DNA of 64,000 nucleotides from a virus, in the IMG/VR virus record IMGVR_UViG_3300042402_002841, positions 68,393 through 132,392 of that record; one strand, 5' to 3'. Below, piece by piece: positions 9,438-17,979 of this stretch. Each line of letters begins with the position of its first letter. The first letter of the stretch is position 1. The position numbers and the translations under genes are program-made. The notes beneath the pieces were generated by a model. It was not told the origin of the DNA. It saw nothing but the letters and a program-made list of their open reading frames with translations, and made no database searches.

Positions 9438-10177
9438 TGGCTACTAAGAAAATTGACCCCACTGAACAAGAAGTTGCTTACTCTCCAAGTGGAGTTAGTT
9501 GGGAAGAAGTGTATAAAAAAGAAACAAAGGAAAATCAAGAGCGCGTTTCAAAAATGCACCATGACCTTTCTGAACAATTCCCCAAAGAAGTTGAGCGTCA
9601 ACTTAAAAAGGGTGGAACCAGCCTCACATACATCCCAGTTAGCGAAGTAATTAATCGCCTTAATAAGGTTCTTGGTTTTGACGCATGGTCATATGAAATT
9701 ATCAAGTGCGAGCGAGATGCGCTTGACCCTGACTTCATCGTTGCTCATGTTCGCATGACTGTTTATCCTAGTTCTGATAAATTCGTCAGTGTTGTAAAAG
9801 ACGGTTTCGGTGGTCAAAAGATTAAGCGAACCAAGAATGGCGACATCGTTGACCTTGGTGATGAATTTAAGGGTGCTGTTTCTGATGCCCTAAAAAAGGC
9901 GGCTCAGTCTCTTGGTGTTGGTCTTTATCTTGCTCGCACGGAAGAAGCGATAGGAATTGAACAAGAAGAATCAATTGACCCAGTTATTGAGTCAATGTGG
10001 GAACAGTTTGTGGACCTTTCTCGCAGTCTTGATTCTGAAAAGAAGGCTCAACTTGGAGAGTTTTGGAAGTCATACGCTGGAGAGCGACCAAAGCCAACAA
10101 AGGCAACCGCAACAAAGGTAGACCTAGAAGCGCTTATTAATCAGTGTGCAATTCTTCACTTGACAGAAGGTGAGTGA
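9437..10177 (+). CDS. Rad52/22-family single-strand annealing protein (Sak-like)
   Basis: LTYIPVSEVINRLNKVLGFDAWS and FKGAVSDALKKAAQSLGVGLYL, typical of the Rad52 family. Confidence 0.85.
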   Translation: MATKKIDPTEQEVAYSPSGVSWEEVYKKETKENQERVSKMHHDLSEQFPKEVERQLKKGGTSLTYIPVSEVINRLNKVLGFDAWSYEIIKCERDALDPDFIVAHVRMTVYPSSDKFVSVVKDGFGGQKIKRTKNGDIVDLGDEFKGAVSDALKKAAQSLGVGLYLARTEEAIGIEQEESIDPVIESMWEQFVDLSRSLDSEKKAQLGEFWKSYAGERPKPTKATATKVDLEALINQCAILHLTEGE

Positions 10178-10936
10178 GTGTTAATTCCACCGCCACACCT
10201 GTCCCCATCTTCAATAGGCACATTTAATCAATGCCCGTTGAAATTTAAATATTCTAAAATTGATGGAAAACAAGAAAACCCTACAGAAGCAACTTTGATG
10301 GGTAATTTTGTCCACGATGTTATTGAAGAGTTCTATAAACACGACCCAGAGGCTAGAAGTATTCTTCTTGCTAAAAATCTTGCATCTCAATTGTGGGAAG
10401 AAAAATGGCAAATCCAGGCAGAACCATGGGTTAGAGGTCAAGACAATCTCAAGATGTTCCGATGGAAATCATGGTGGTGTATTGAAAATCTATGGAAGAT
10501 AGAGAACCCTAAGGTTATTTCTCCAACTGGTTTAGAGCATGAACTAAATGGAGAAATAGGTGGCGTTAGAATCAAAGGTTTTATAGATAGATTCAGCGAA
10601 GCCAAGGGCGAAGGTTTTGTCATATCTGATTATAAAACTGGTAAAACTCCTAAAAAAACATGGATAGACGACAAGTTTTTTCAACTTCTTGTTTACTCTC
10701 ATTTGCTTGAGTCAACGGGGGTTGGTAAGGCGGTTAAAGTTGAACTTCTTTATCTTAAAGATGGGGTCAAGTTCCACAAGAGCGTTACAGATGAAGAACT
10801 TCAATCTGTAGAAAAAACAATAGTAGAAACCAAAGCAGAGATTGACAAACGCTGTGAAACAGAAGAGTTTGAAGCAGTTAAATCAATTCTCTGTAACTGG
10901 TGTTCATTTAAAAAGGAATGTCCTGCATGGCGGTAA
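10178..10936 (+). CDS. PD-(D/E)XK RecB/Cas4-like exonuclease with Fe-S cysteines
   Basis: LSPSSI..QCP, GFIDR, ISDYKTG and C-terminal CNWCSFKKECP. Confidence 0.87.
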   Translation: MLIPPPHLSPSSIGTFNQCPLKFKYSKIDGKQENPTEATLMGNFVHDVIEEFYKHDPEARSILLAKNLASQLWEEKWQIQAEPWVRGQDNLKMFRWKSWWCIENLWKIENPKVISPTGLEHELNGEIGGVRIKGFIDRFSEAKGEGFVISDYKTGKTPKKTWIDDKFFQLLVYSHLLESTGVGKAVKVELLYLKDGVKFHKSVTDEELQSVEKTIVETKAEIDKRCETEEFEAVKSILCNWCSFKKECPAWR

Positions 10937-11442
10937 TGATGAATGATGATGTTTTTGCACGAATGGTTTCTGAAGAGGTGAAAAATAAACTTTCTACTTC
11001 TCAGAAAAAAATACTTCTTGAACCCGAAAACTGGGGTAGATGGAAAGATGCTCTTTTGTTTTTAGTTGAAAGCCTTGACAGGCAGATAGAAAACATCAAA
11101 GAGGACGCAGATGCTGATGCTGAGAAGTACTCAACAATGGGTTTGAGCGGTAAAAAACTGGCAGTAGAAGCAGCCCGTGAATATCAGCATAGAATTAAAA
11201 AAATTGACAGATTTAAATTTCATGTAAATCGTCGGATTGACGAAGTAATGATGATGATTGAGACTGGAAATGTTGAATCATCAGACGGATGGGATAGAGT
11301 TGCTTTTTTGGAAAATGCAATTGTTAAGCATCGTGAATTATTGCGTGAATTTGATTTAGAAGATACTGCTGTTGATAGGGCTCTGTGGTCTGCGCTTGCG
11401 GGGAACTGGGATTTTGATTCAATTAATGAAGGGAATCTATAA
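10936..11442 (+). CDS. Hypothetical helical protein
   Basis: Overlaps the upstream stop (TAATG); 168 aa. Confidence 0.65.
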   Translation: MMNDDVFARMVSEEVKNKLSTSQKKILLEPENWGRWKDALLFLVESLDRQIENIKEDADADAEKYSTMGLSGKKLAVEAAREYQHRIKKIDRFKFHVNRRIDEVMMMIETGNVESSDGWDRVAFLENAIVKHRELLREFDLEDTAVDRALWSALAGNWDFDSINEGNL

Positions 11443-11621
11443 TGAATGTAGATATTGACAAAGTAATTTCTATGCTCTCCGACCAAATTGGAGTGCTTAC
11501 TAAAGACAACATTATTTTGCGTGTTCTTGTGCAACAGTTGGAAGATGAACTACAATCTGCTCGTGCGCCACAGGTCAAAGAAAAAGGAAGCAGAGTACAA
11601 ACTCCGCCGTCCATTAGTTGA
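11442..11621 (+). CDS. Small hypothetical coiled-coil protein (59 aa, below the ORF-track cut-off)
   Basis: TAATG coupling; MNVDIDKVISMLSDQIGVLTKDNIILRVLVQQLEDEL... Confidence 0.5.
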   Translation: MNVDIDKVISMLSDQIGVLTKDNIILRVLVQQLEDELQSARAPQVKEKGSRVQTPPSIS

Positions 11622-11862
11622 AAAACTTTTAAACGAAAGACCCTTGTGTGAGGCTTGTCCTGTTTTTGCCGAATATGACGGCAAGGCAACATACTCTCGT
11701 AATCGTTCAGTAGATATTCATGAAGTAGTTAGACGCTCTCAGGGCGGTTCAATTCTTGATGAAGAAAACCTTATGGCGGTATGTCGCCCGTGTCATAACA
11801 GGATAGGAAACTACCCACAACTTGCATTTGATTTAGGCTTGGCAAAACACTCATGGGGGTAG
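11563..11862 (+). CDS. HNH endonuclease
   Basis: CEAC...DIHE...RSQGGS...NLMAVCRPCH; the GTG start sits 6 nt after TACAAT (leaderless). Confidence 0.8.
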   Translation: MRHRSKKKEAEYKLRRPLVEKLLNERPLCEACPVFAEYDGKATYSRNRSVDIHEVVRRSQGGSILDEENLMAVCRPCHNRIGNYPQLAFDLGLAKHSWG

Positions 11863-12389
11863 TTTTTATGGGTGTTGACCTGTCTTTAACATCAACTGGA
11901 TTGTCGGTAAATGGGGAGACAAGTGCATTTAAGTCAAAAAACAAGGGAGCGGCAAGGCTTTACGAGATTTCCAACCATGTACTAACAGACTTATCTGTAA
12001 AGGGTGCCAACTGTGTGATTATTGAGAGTTACTCCTATGCGTCTAGAAACTCTCAGGCTCACAGTATTGGAGAATTGGGAGGGTGTGTTCGGATGACCCT
12101 ATGGCAACATGGAATACCTTTTATAGAAGTGCCACCAACATCCAGGGCAAAGTTTGCTACTGGAAAAGGGAATGCTGGAAAAACTGAAGTTATTTCTGCT
12201 GTCTCATCAAAGACTGGAAAACTGTTTTCTGGCTCTAGTGCAGATGACGAATGTGATGCCTGGGTTCTTGAACAAATGGGATTGGCAAAAATTAATAATT
12301 CTGATTACTCATGGACAAAAGAGCAACTATCTGCTTTGGACAAGATAGATTGGTCGCCACTAGATACTTTAGTTATTGGAGAAAAATGA
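11853..12389 (+). CDS. ruvC: RuvC-like Holliday junction resolvase
   Basis: MGVDLSLTSTG, VIIE, KFATGKGNAGK and DDECDA. Confidence 0.85.
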   Translation: MGVVFMGVDLSLTSTGLSVNGETSAFKSKNKGAARLYEISNHVLTDLSVKGANCVIIESYSYASRNSQAHSIGELGGCVRMTLWQHGIPFIEVPPTSRAKFATGKGNAGKTEVISAVSSKTGKLFSGSSADDECDAWVLEQMGLAKINNSDYSWTKEQLSALDKIDWSPLDTLVIGEK

Positions 12390-12733
12390 TTTCACGCAAT
12401 GCGCCGATTAGTCAAGTAGATATTGAGCATGAATTACTCCGTCTTATGGAGATGCTTGAGACGGAGACTGAAGCATTTGAAACACTCGCTGAGGATTCTG
12501 CAAAGAAAGAAGCCTTGTATAAATCTAATTGGGCAAAAGAATACCTCTCTGCAAAAGGCTCAATCAAGGAGCGAGAGGCTTGGGCGGATTACAAGTTGGC
12601 TGATGAGAACTTTGACTACAAAATTGCTGAGGCTCTACTAAAGTCAAAGCGTGAAAAATTGCTTTCGCTTCGTACATCAATTGACGCAATGCGAACGCTT
12701 AATGCAAATGTCAGGGTTCAGGTAAACCAATGA
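12386..12733 (+). CDS. Hypothetical coiled-coil protein (possible recombination mediator)
   Basis: ATGA overlap, GGAG RBS, all-helical, located in the recombination operon; function is inferred. Confidence 0.6.
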   Translation: MISRNAPISQVDIEHELLRLMEMLETETEAFETLAEDSAKKEALYKSNWAKEYLSAKGSIKEREAWADYKLADENFDYKIAEALLKSKREKLLSLRTSIDAMRTLNANVRVQVNQ

Positions 12734-13512
12734 GAGAGAAAATATCCCAAGACTTAATGCCTTTAGCATTAAATGTTGACGACCTAATTCCGCTTGAAAA
12801 GAATCCTAGAAAAGGCAACATTGAAGCAATTATGTCTTCGTATGAAGAGTTCGGTCAGATGAAGCCGATTGTTGTTCGCCCAAACAATGATGGGACATTC
12901 ACGGTGATTGCTGGCAACCATCAACTGCAAGCGGCTAAAAAACTTGGATGGACACAGATTGCCGCTGTTCAGATGAATGCCGATGACGACCGTGCTGTTG
13001 CGTTTGCATTGGCAGACAACAGAACGATGGAACTCGGACATACCGACCCAGCAATCCTGAATGAAATGGTCATAGACCTGTACGAAGATTTTCCAGAACT
13101 ATTTGAGGGACTTGGGTGGGATGAATTTGAAATTGCTGCAATTGAAGAAACTCAGTATGTTTCAGAAATAGTTTCACCCATTGCTGAAGCGTACTTCACC
13201 CCAGTTATTCAAAAACCTGTTGAGCCGAGCGCGCCAGTCAATATCAATGTTGAGGAATCCGAAGATGGTGTCAGACGGATTGTTGCTGGCAATGATATTG
13301 ACCACAACAGAGTAGCAGTCTCTGGAAGCACAATCGTATCTCCTGGCTCATCTCCGCAGGCAGTTGTCCAGTACACCATTGTTTTTGACAACCCAGAACA
13401 GCAACGAAAATGGTATGACTTTGTTCGTTACCTTCGTAATGACCCAGGTATTTCTGGGACAACAACAGCAGAAAAGTTGATGGATTTTATTGACATGCAT
13501 ACGGAGGTTTGA
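12730..13512 (+). CDS. ParB/Sulfiredoxin N-terminal domain protein
   Basis: NPRKG...FGQMKPIVV...VIAGNHQLQAAKKLGW...ALADNRT. Confidence 0.87.
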   Translation: MREKISQDLMPLALNVDDLIPLEKNPRKGNIEAIMSSYEEFGQMKPIVVRPNNDGTFTVIAGNHQLQAAKKLGWTQIAAVQMNADDDRAVAFALADNRTMELGHTDPAILNEMVIDLYEDFPELFEGLGWDEFEIAAIEETQYVSEIVSPIAEAYFTPVIQKPVEPSAPVNINVEESEDGVRRIVAGNDIDHNRVAVSGSTIVSPGSSPQAVVQYTIVFDNPEQQRKWYDFVRYLRNDPGISGTTTAEKLMDFIDMHTEV

Positions 13513-13514
13513 TA

Positions 13515-13706
13515 ATGAACATTCATTCACCTGAAAATATTGAGTCATATCTTTCTTTAGTTAGCAAACTAAATAAAAAATACAAAGGTAGAGATTGGTC
13601 GGATAGGCATTCAATTATTTTAACAAGTGCTTTATTTTATGAAGTTGCTTCCAAAATTGTTGAACTTCAGAATCGCATTGAAGAACTAGAAGCAGATAAT
13701 GACTAA
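13515..13706 (+). CDS. Small hypothetical protein
   Basis: GGAGG RBS; lies between the ParB and PAPS-reductase genes. Confidence 0.55.
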   Translation: MNIHSPENIESYLSLVSKLNKKYKGRDWSDRHSIILTSALFYEVASKIVELQNRIEELEADND

Positions 13707-14841
13707 GCAGAGAATGTTTCTAGATATATCCTGTGTTGATGCTGCTCGGCAAAGGATAAGACATGTCTATGATACTTTTGATACTGTTTGCGTTCAGTTT
13801 TCTGGAGGAAAAGACAGCACAGCAGTTCTTTACTTGGCTAAAGAAATTCATGAAGAGCGAGGACTAGGTCCAGTAAAAGTAATCTTCAGAGACCAGGAAA
13901 TGGTAAGCCCTCTTGTTTATGACTATGTAGAAAAAGTTATGAATTATGACTGGGTGGATATGGAGTGGTACTGCCTTCCGTATGCTCAAGAAATTTGGGT
14001 GCTTGGGGTTAGGGAAAACATATTGGCTTGGGACCCATACAGGGAAAAGGCTGGCATGCTTGCACGCCCCATGCCTCCGTGGGCTATTAATGCATCTCAT
14101 TTTGGGATGCCTATGGACCAAACTCTTCCAGAAGGAATTGATTACTACACAATGCAGGGAAAAACGGGAAGCGTGGCTTTTATAACTGGAGTTCGTGCAA
14201 ACGAATCTATGGTTCGCTATCGCTCCTTGGTTCAAAAGGTGCACGAAAATTATATTGTTAGTCCGTACAAAATGAAAAAGTCAATACCTTTAAAGTTTGC
14301 AAAAGTTATCTATGACTGGCAAATGGATGATGTATTAAAATTTATTTCAGAAGAACATGATGCTGAATATTGTGAGTACTACGACCTTGCATCAATGACT
14401 GGCTCAAATACCAGGGTTGGTGTTCCTCTTCATGCTGTTGCAATTAGACGCATTGGAGACCTTGTCGCAACTGAGCCAGATTTTTACGACACACTATGGT
14501 CAGTATGGCCAAATATTGATGCTCAGAGACGCTGGTGGCCAGAGTTTGATATTGAAAAATTTATTGAAAATTATGCTGCTGATGGATTTAGGGGCGCAAA
14601 GCGATGCATAGAGGAAAACATGCTTGACGATTTTGACAAGCGTCGCGCTCGTGCTTATGTTGCTGATTTTAGAAAAAAACATTTAAAAGACCCATATTCA
14701 TATCCAATGAATTGGCTTATAAGAAACTTGTTGTTAAATGAAATAACTATTTCTGCAGCAGCGCCAGTTGGTCCCAAAACCAAAGCAGACACTCTTAGAA
14801 AAAAACTTGCAGAACAGGAATTAAATAATGCAGAAAATTGA
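13699..14841 (+). CDS. PAPS-reductase / PP-loop family protein (IbrA/YbdN-like)
   Basis: PP-loop FSGGKDS, GVRANESMVR, IYDW...DV and RVG; followed by a ParB-like gene as in IbrA-IbrB. Confidence 0.85.
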   Translation: MTKQRMFLDISCVDAARQRIRHVYDTFDTVCVQFSGGKDSTAVLYLAKEIHEERGLGPVKVIFRDQEMVSPLVYDYVEKVMNYDWVDMEWYCLPYAQEIWVLGVRENILAWDPYREKAGMLARPMPPWAINASHFGMPMDQTLPEGIDYYTMQGKTGSVAFITGVRANESMVRYRSLVQKVHENYIVSPYKMKKSIPLKFAKVIYDWQMDDVLKFISEEHDAEYCEYYDLASMTGSNTRVGVPLHAVAIRRIGDLVATEPDFYDTLWSVWPNIDAQRRWWPEFDIEKFIENYAADGFRGAKRCIEENMLDDFDKRRARAYVADFRKKHLKDPYSYPMNWLIRNLLLNEITISAAAPVGPKTKADTLRKKLAEQELNNAEN

Positions 14842-15379
14842 TTATGTACCTTTTGCCGAATTAAATATTGCTCCATTTAAGGCAACATACATACTTAGAC
14901 CAGACCTGTTGACCCTCTCCAAGTCGCTTATTGATTTTGGTTTCATGCTTCCAATAGTTGTTCAAAAAGAAACAAACATTGTTATTGACGGTAATGAGCG
15001 AGTGTCTCTTGCAAAAATCAATAAATATGTCAAAAAAGCCGTAGGGGATTTGTGTCCTGTCGTTTATGTTGAATGCGATACTCTTGAAGCACAAATGATG
15101 CATCTGAGACTAAATCGTTCCAGAGGAAATCTTTTAGCAAAACCAACATCAGGTATTATTAGAAATCTTGTCAAATCAAAAAAGTATTCAAAAGAAGACC
15201 TTGAAGAATTTTTGCAAATGAAGCATGACGAGTTTTATCTTCTTCTTGATGGTTCTTTGCTTAAACATAGAAAAATTTCAGAACATAGTTACTCCCGTGC
15301 ATGGGTGCCAGTTGAGGCCGACCCGAAGGCTACTGATTCCTCAATATCAATTGAGAGACCGCCTAATTCCGATAGATAA
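14828..15379 (+). CDS. ParB-like protein (IbrB/YbdM-like)
   Basis: FGFMLPIVV...VIDGNER...HLRLNRSRG. Confidence 0.8.
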   Translation: MQKIDYVPFAELNIAPFKATYILRPDLLTLSKSLIDFGFMLPIVVQKETNIVIDGNERVSLAKINKYVKKAVGDLCPVVYVECDTLEAQMMHLRLNRSRGNLLAKPTSGIIRNLVKSKKYSKEDLEEFLQMKHDEFYLLLDGSLLKHRKISEHSYSRAWVPVEADPKATDSSISIERPPNSDR

Positions 15380-15437
15380 GTAACCAATAGTCCTGTAATG
15401 ATACAATTTTTTAAACGCTCAATTAAGGAGTAAAACA

Positions 15438-15629
15438 ATGGACATACCAAGACGAGGGTTTCTCAGAGGTGGTAGAGATGCGGTCAGAACTAACAGGTTC
15501 CGCCGAACGGCTCGTTCACTAGCACAGCAAGCCCGCAGAGCAGTGGGTTTTGGTGGTGTGCCAGATGAAAGAGTGCGAGACATCATCGGTGAAGGTCGCA
15601 GGGCTCGCCGTTTCGCTCGCGAGCGCTAA
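15438..15629 (+). CDS. Small Arg-rich basic protein
   Basis: AAGGAG RBS and upstream TGATACAAT; first gene of the neck/tail operon. Confidence 0.65.
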   Translation: MDIPRRGFLRGGRDAVRTNRFRRTARSLAQQARRAVGFGGVPDERVRDIIGEGRRARRFARER

Positions 15630-15648
15630 TTAACCCTTAAGGGCAATA

Positions 15649-16536
15649 ATGCTCGTCACAGTACAAGACCTCGTAACCTACATGGACATTTCTTTGTCTT
15701 TAAGGCAGCAAGATGCTGCCGATATTGTGCTGTCTGGTCTTCAAAGCGAACTTGATGCGTACCTGGGGAGACCTGTTGAAATAACGGAGTTTACCGAGGA
15801 GTACAAAGTTCCAAGCAATCACTTAGCCACTCCGATGTCGTCATTCTTTTATCAAAACAGCCTTGAGTCTTCTTTTTATACGGCTAATGGTAATTCCAAT
15901 CAATCTTCAATGAACTATGCGCTTCCTCCAGAGACGGTCTATTTAAGAAACTCTCCAGTAGTAAAAGTTCATAGCGTACAAATTCAAAATCAGTGGACAA
16001 CGCCCACTTACTTAGGTGAAGCAATAACCAGAACAGCGGTAGTAACAGGTGCTACAAAATCTGGAATTAGGATTACTTTTACTGCCAATAATCACGGATT
16101 CACGGTCGGACAGTATGTGACAGTGACTGGAATTACTCCAACTGTATACAATGTTTCAAATAAAAAAATAGTTGAGGTTACAACCAATTCTTTTATCGTT
16201 GAGGTTGAACCTGGCGCATTGAGTGCGTATGTTTCTGGTGGCGAAGCAGAGGCTATTGGGACCAACTATTCTGTCCGCCGATACGGGATTGACATCTTCA
16301 ATATTGTTGCTGATGACACTATCACGGTGAACTATGAGGCTGGATTAGATGGTCAATCAATTCCCATTTTTAAACTTTTAATTCTTCGTGCAGCGACAAG
16401 AGAAATGCAAAATATGCACGACGATGTTGTTGGTATTAAAGACCTTGAATCAAGGAATGTTGCTCCTCTTGAGACTGGCTTTTCAGACAGAGAACTGGCT
16501 TCCGTTAAGCAGTACAAGCGCCAAAGGATTGCGTAA
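15649..16536 (+). CDS. Head-to-tail adaptor with an inserted beta-rich domain
   Basis: N-terminal LVTVQDLVTY...ELDAYLGR and C-terminal ITVNYEAG; insert NHGFTVGQYVTVTG. Confidence 0.7.
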   Translation: MLVTVQDLVTYMDISLSLRQQDAADIVLSGLQSELDAYLGRPVEITEFTEEYKVPSNHLATPMSSFFYQNSLESSFYTANGNSNQSSMNYALPPETVYLRNSPVVKVHSVQIQNQWTTPTYLGEAITRTAVVTGATKSGIRITFTANNHGFTVGQYVTVTGITPTVYNVSNKKIVEVTTNSFIVEVEPGALSAYVSGGEAEAIGTNYSVRRYGIDIFNIVADDTITVNYEAGLDGQSIPIFKLLILRAATREMQNMHDDVVGIKDLESRNVAPLETGFSDRELASVKQYKRQRIA

Positions 16537-16537
16537 A

Positions 16538-16972
16538 ATGCGCATTCAAATACATGTTGATAAAAATAAAGTTGAAGATGCTTTAGAAAACATGCAGGAC
16601 GCAGTAAAAGACCTTCGTCCTGTTTTTAGAAAAGCAGAAAAAGACCTTTCAGATATTTATACAAAACACTTTACATCTAATGGTAGTGGAAGATGGAAAC
16701 CACTTGATGCCGAGTATGGTGCATGGAAGTCAGCAAATTACCCTGGAAGACCGACTCTTGTTCAGAGCGGAGCGCTTTTTAGAACCATTAGAAAATTCAG
16801 CGTTAGGGAAATAAATAAAACATCAGCATCATTTGGTACGGATGCGAAAGTAGCCAAATTTCATCAGTACGGTACATGGAGCATGCCTAAGCGAGAAATA
16901 ATATTTGAGCCACCGATGTTTGCTAAGAAACTTGCAGAAGACATTGCTGACCATATTGAGGATGCTGCCTAA
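16538..16972 (+). CDS. Virion morphogenesis / neck protein (Mu gpG / HK97 gp10-like)
   Basis: WKPL, LVQSGAL and AKFHQYGT..MPKR motifs. Confidence 0.75.
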   Translation: MRIQIHVDKNKVEDALENMQDAVKDLRPVFRKAEKDLSDIYTKHFTSNGSGRWKPLDAEYGAWKSANYPGRPTLVQSGALFRTIRKFSVREINKTSASFGTDAKVAKFHQYGTWSMPKREIIFEPPMFAKKLAEDIADHIEDAA

Positions 16973-17556
16973 TGGAACTCATGTTTGGTGCTCACTATGC
17001 AAAGCAATATGTAAATAATTATTTAAGAAATGATATTCCAGTAAGAATTGTGGATTACAGAAATGGCTGGAATCTTGACGATGCAACCCTCCCTACTCCT
17101 GTATCTTTTTTTACATACGAACCAATTGCCTTAGATACATGGCCCACAATCATTACGGTCGCCATGTCAACAAACAGGATGGAAAGAATTGGTTATGCAG
17201 GAATTAACCCTCTGTATAGGGTCAATTATTCAATGAGGACATATGTTTGGGTGCGTGATATTGGTTCCGAAGAAGCAACTCTAATGAGGGACAGATTAAC
17301 CACTGTCGTTCGTTCTGCCCTTCTTGACTATCCATGCATGAAAGCAACAGACCCTCAGGACTCATTTAAAGCAATGATTGATGAGTCAACGATGCAAGAG
17401 CAATTTTCAGACTTAACTCTTTTAAAAGGTGACAGAGTTATGGCTGGCGCATATTTATCTTATGACTTGTCAATTGATGAAGTCGTGGACAGACGACCAC
17501 TGGGAACGGTGAGCAATGTTGAACTTGAATATACCAATCTAGACAGAACCCCATAA
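16972..17556 (+). CDS. Tail terminator-like protein
   Basis: Position between neck and sheath; WPTIITVA motif. Confidence 0.55.
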   Translation: MELMFGAHYAKQYVNNYLRNDIPVRIVDYRNGWNLDDATLPTPVSFFTYEPIALDTWPTIITVAMSTNRMERIGYAGINPLYRVNYSMRTYVWVRDIGSEEATLMRDRLTTVVRSALLDYPCMKATDPQDSFKAMIDESTMQEQFSDLTLLKGDRVMAGAYLSYDLSIDEVVDRRPLGTVSNVELEYTNLDRTP

Positions 17557-17595
17557 GGGGATGATGTAAACTAAATGTGATTTACAGGAGAAAAA

Positions 17596-17961
17596 ATGAC
17601 TCATATTCATAAAATTGAAAAAATCAAAGACGAAAAAGAGTTTGATTCAAACGGCTCTGGGTATGTAATTGTGTCAAATGTTGCTGGAAGACCAATAGTT
17701 ATTGGTTCGCCAGCGGTCACTCTTTATCCAGGAGATAAAGCATTTTCATGTGAAGACAACGATTCCGTACTTCGGGCAGTAAAAGCCAAAAAACTTGCAA
17801 TCGTTGAAATCTTTGAATCAAAACCGAAAACAAAGAAGCAAAAGCCAGAAGAACCAAAACAAGAAGAAACTTTAGCAACAGTTGCAGATATAGAAGAAGA
17901 AGTTTCTGTACAATTGGGGTTGTCCGATGAAGGCGATTCTCCGCTGAGCGACAAACTGTAA
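17596..17961 (+). CDS. Hypothetical protein
   Basis: CAGGAG RBS; 121 aa. Confidence 0.6.
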   Translation: MTHIHKIEKIKDEKEFDSNGSGYVIVSNVAGRPIVIGSPAVTLYPGDKAFSCEDNDSVLRAVKAKKLAIVEIFESKPKTKKQKPEEPKQEETLATVADIEEEVSVQLGLSDEGDSPLSDKL

Positions 17962-17979
17962 GACACTAAGAGAGGTCCA

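Noticed and set aside
10178-10936. Cas4-like nuclease as evidence of a CRISPR system
   Set aside because: No other cas genes or array were seen, and the gene sits in a recombination operon beside a Rad52-like protein.
13699-14841. cysH sulfur-assimilation auxiliary gene
   Set aside because: It lacks the C-terminal ECGLH motif of CysH, and its context with ParB genes fits the IbrA-like family.
15447-15470. Functional Tat signal peptide (RRGFL)
   Set aside because: No hydrophobic region or passenger domain follows the motif.
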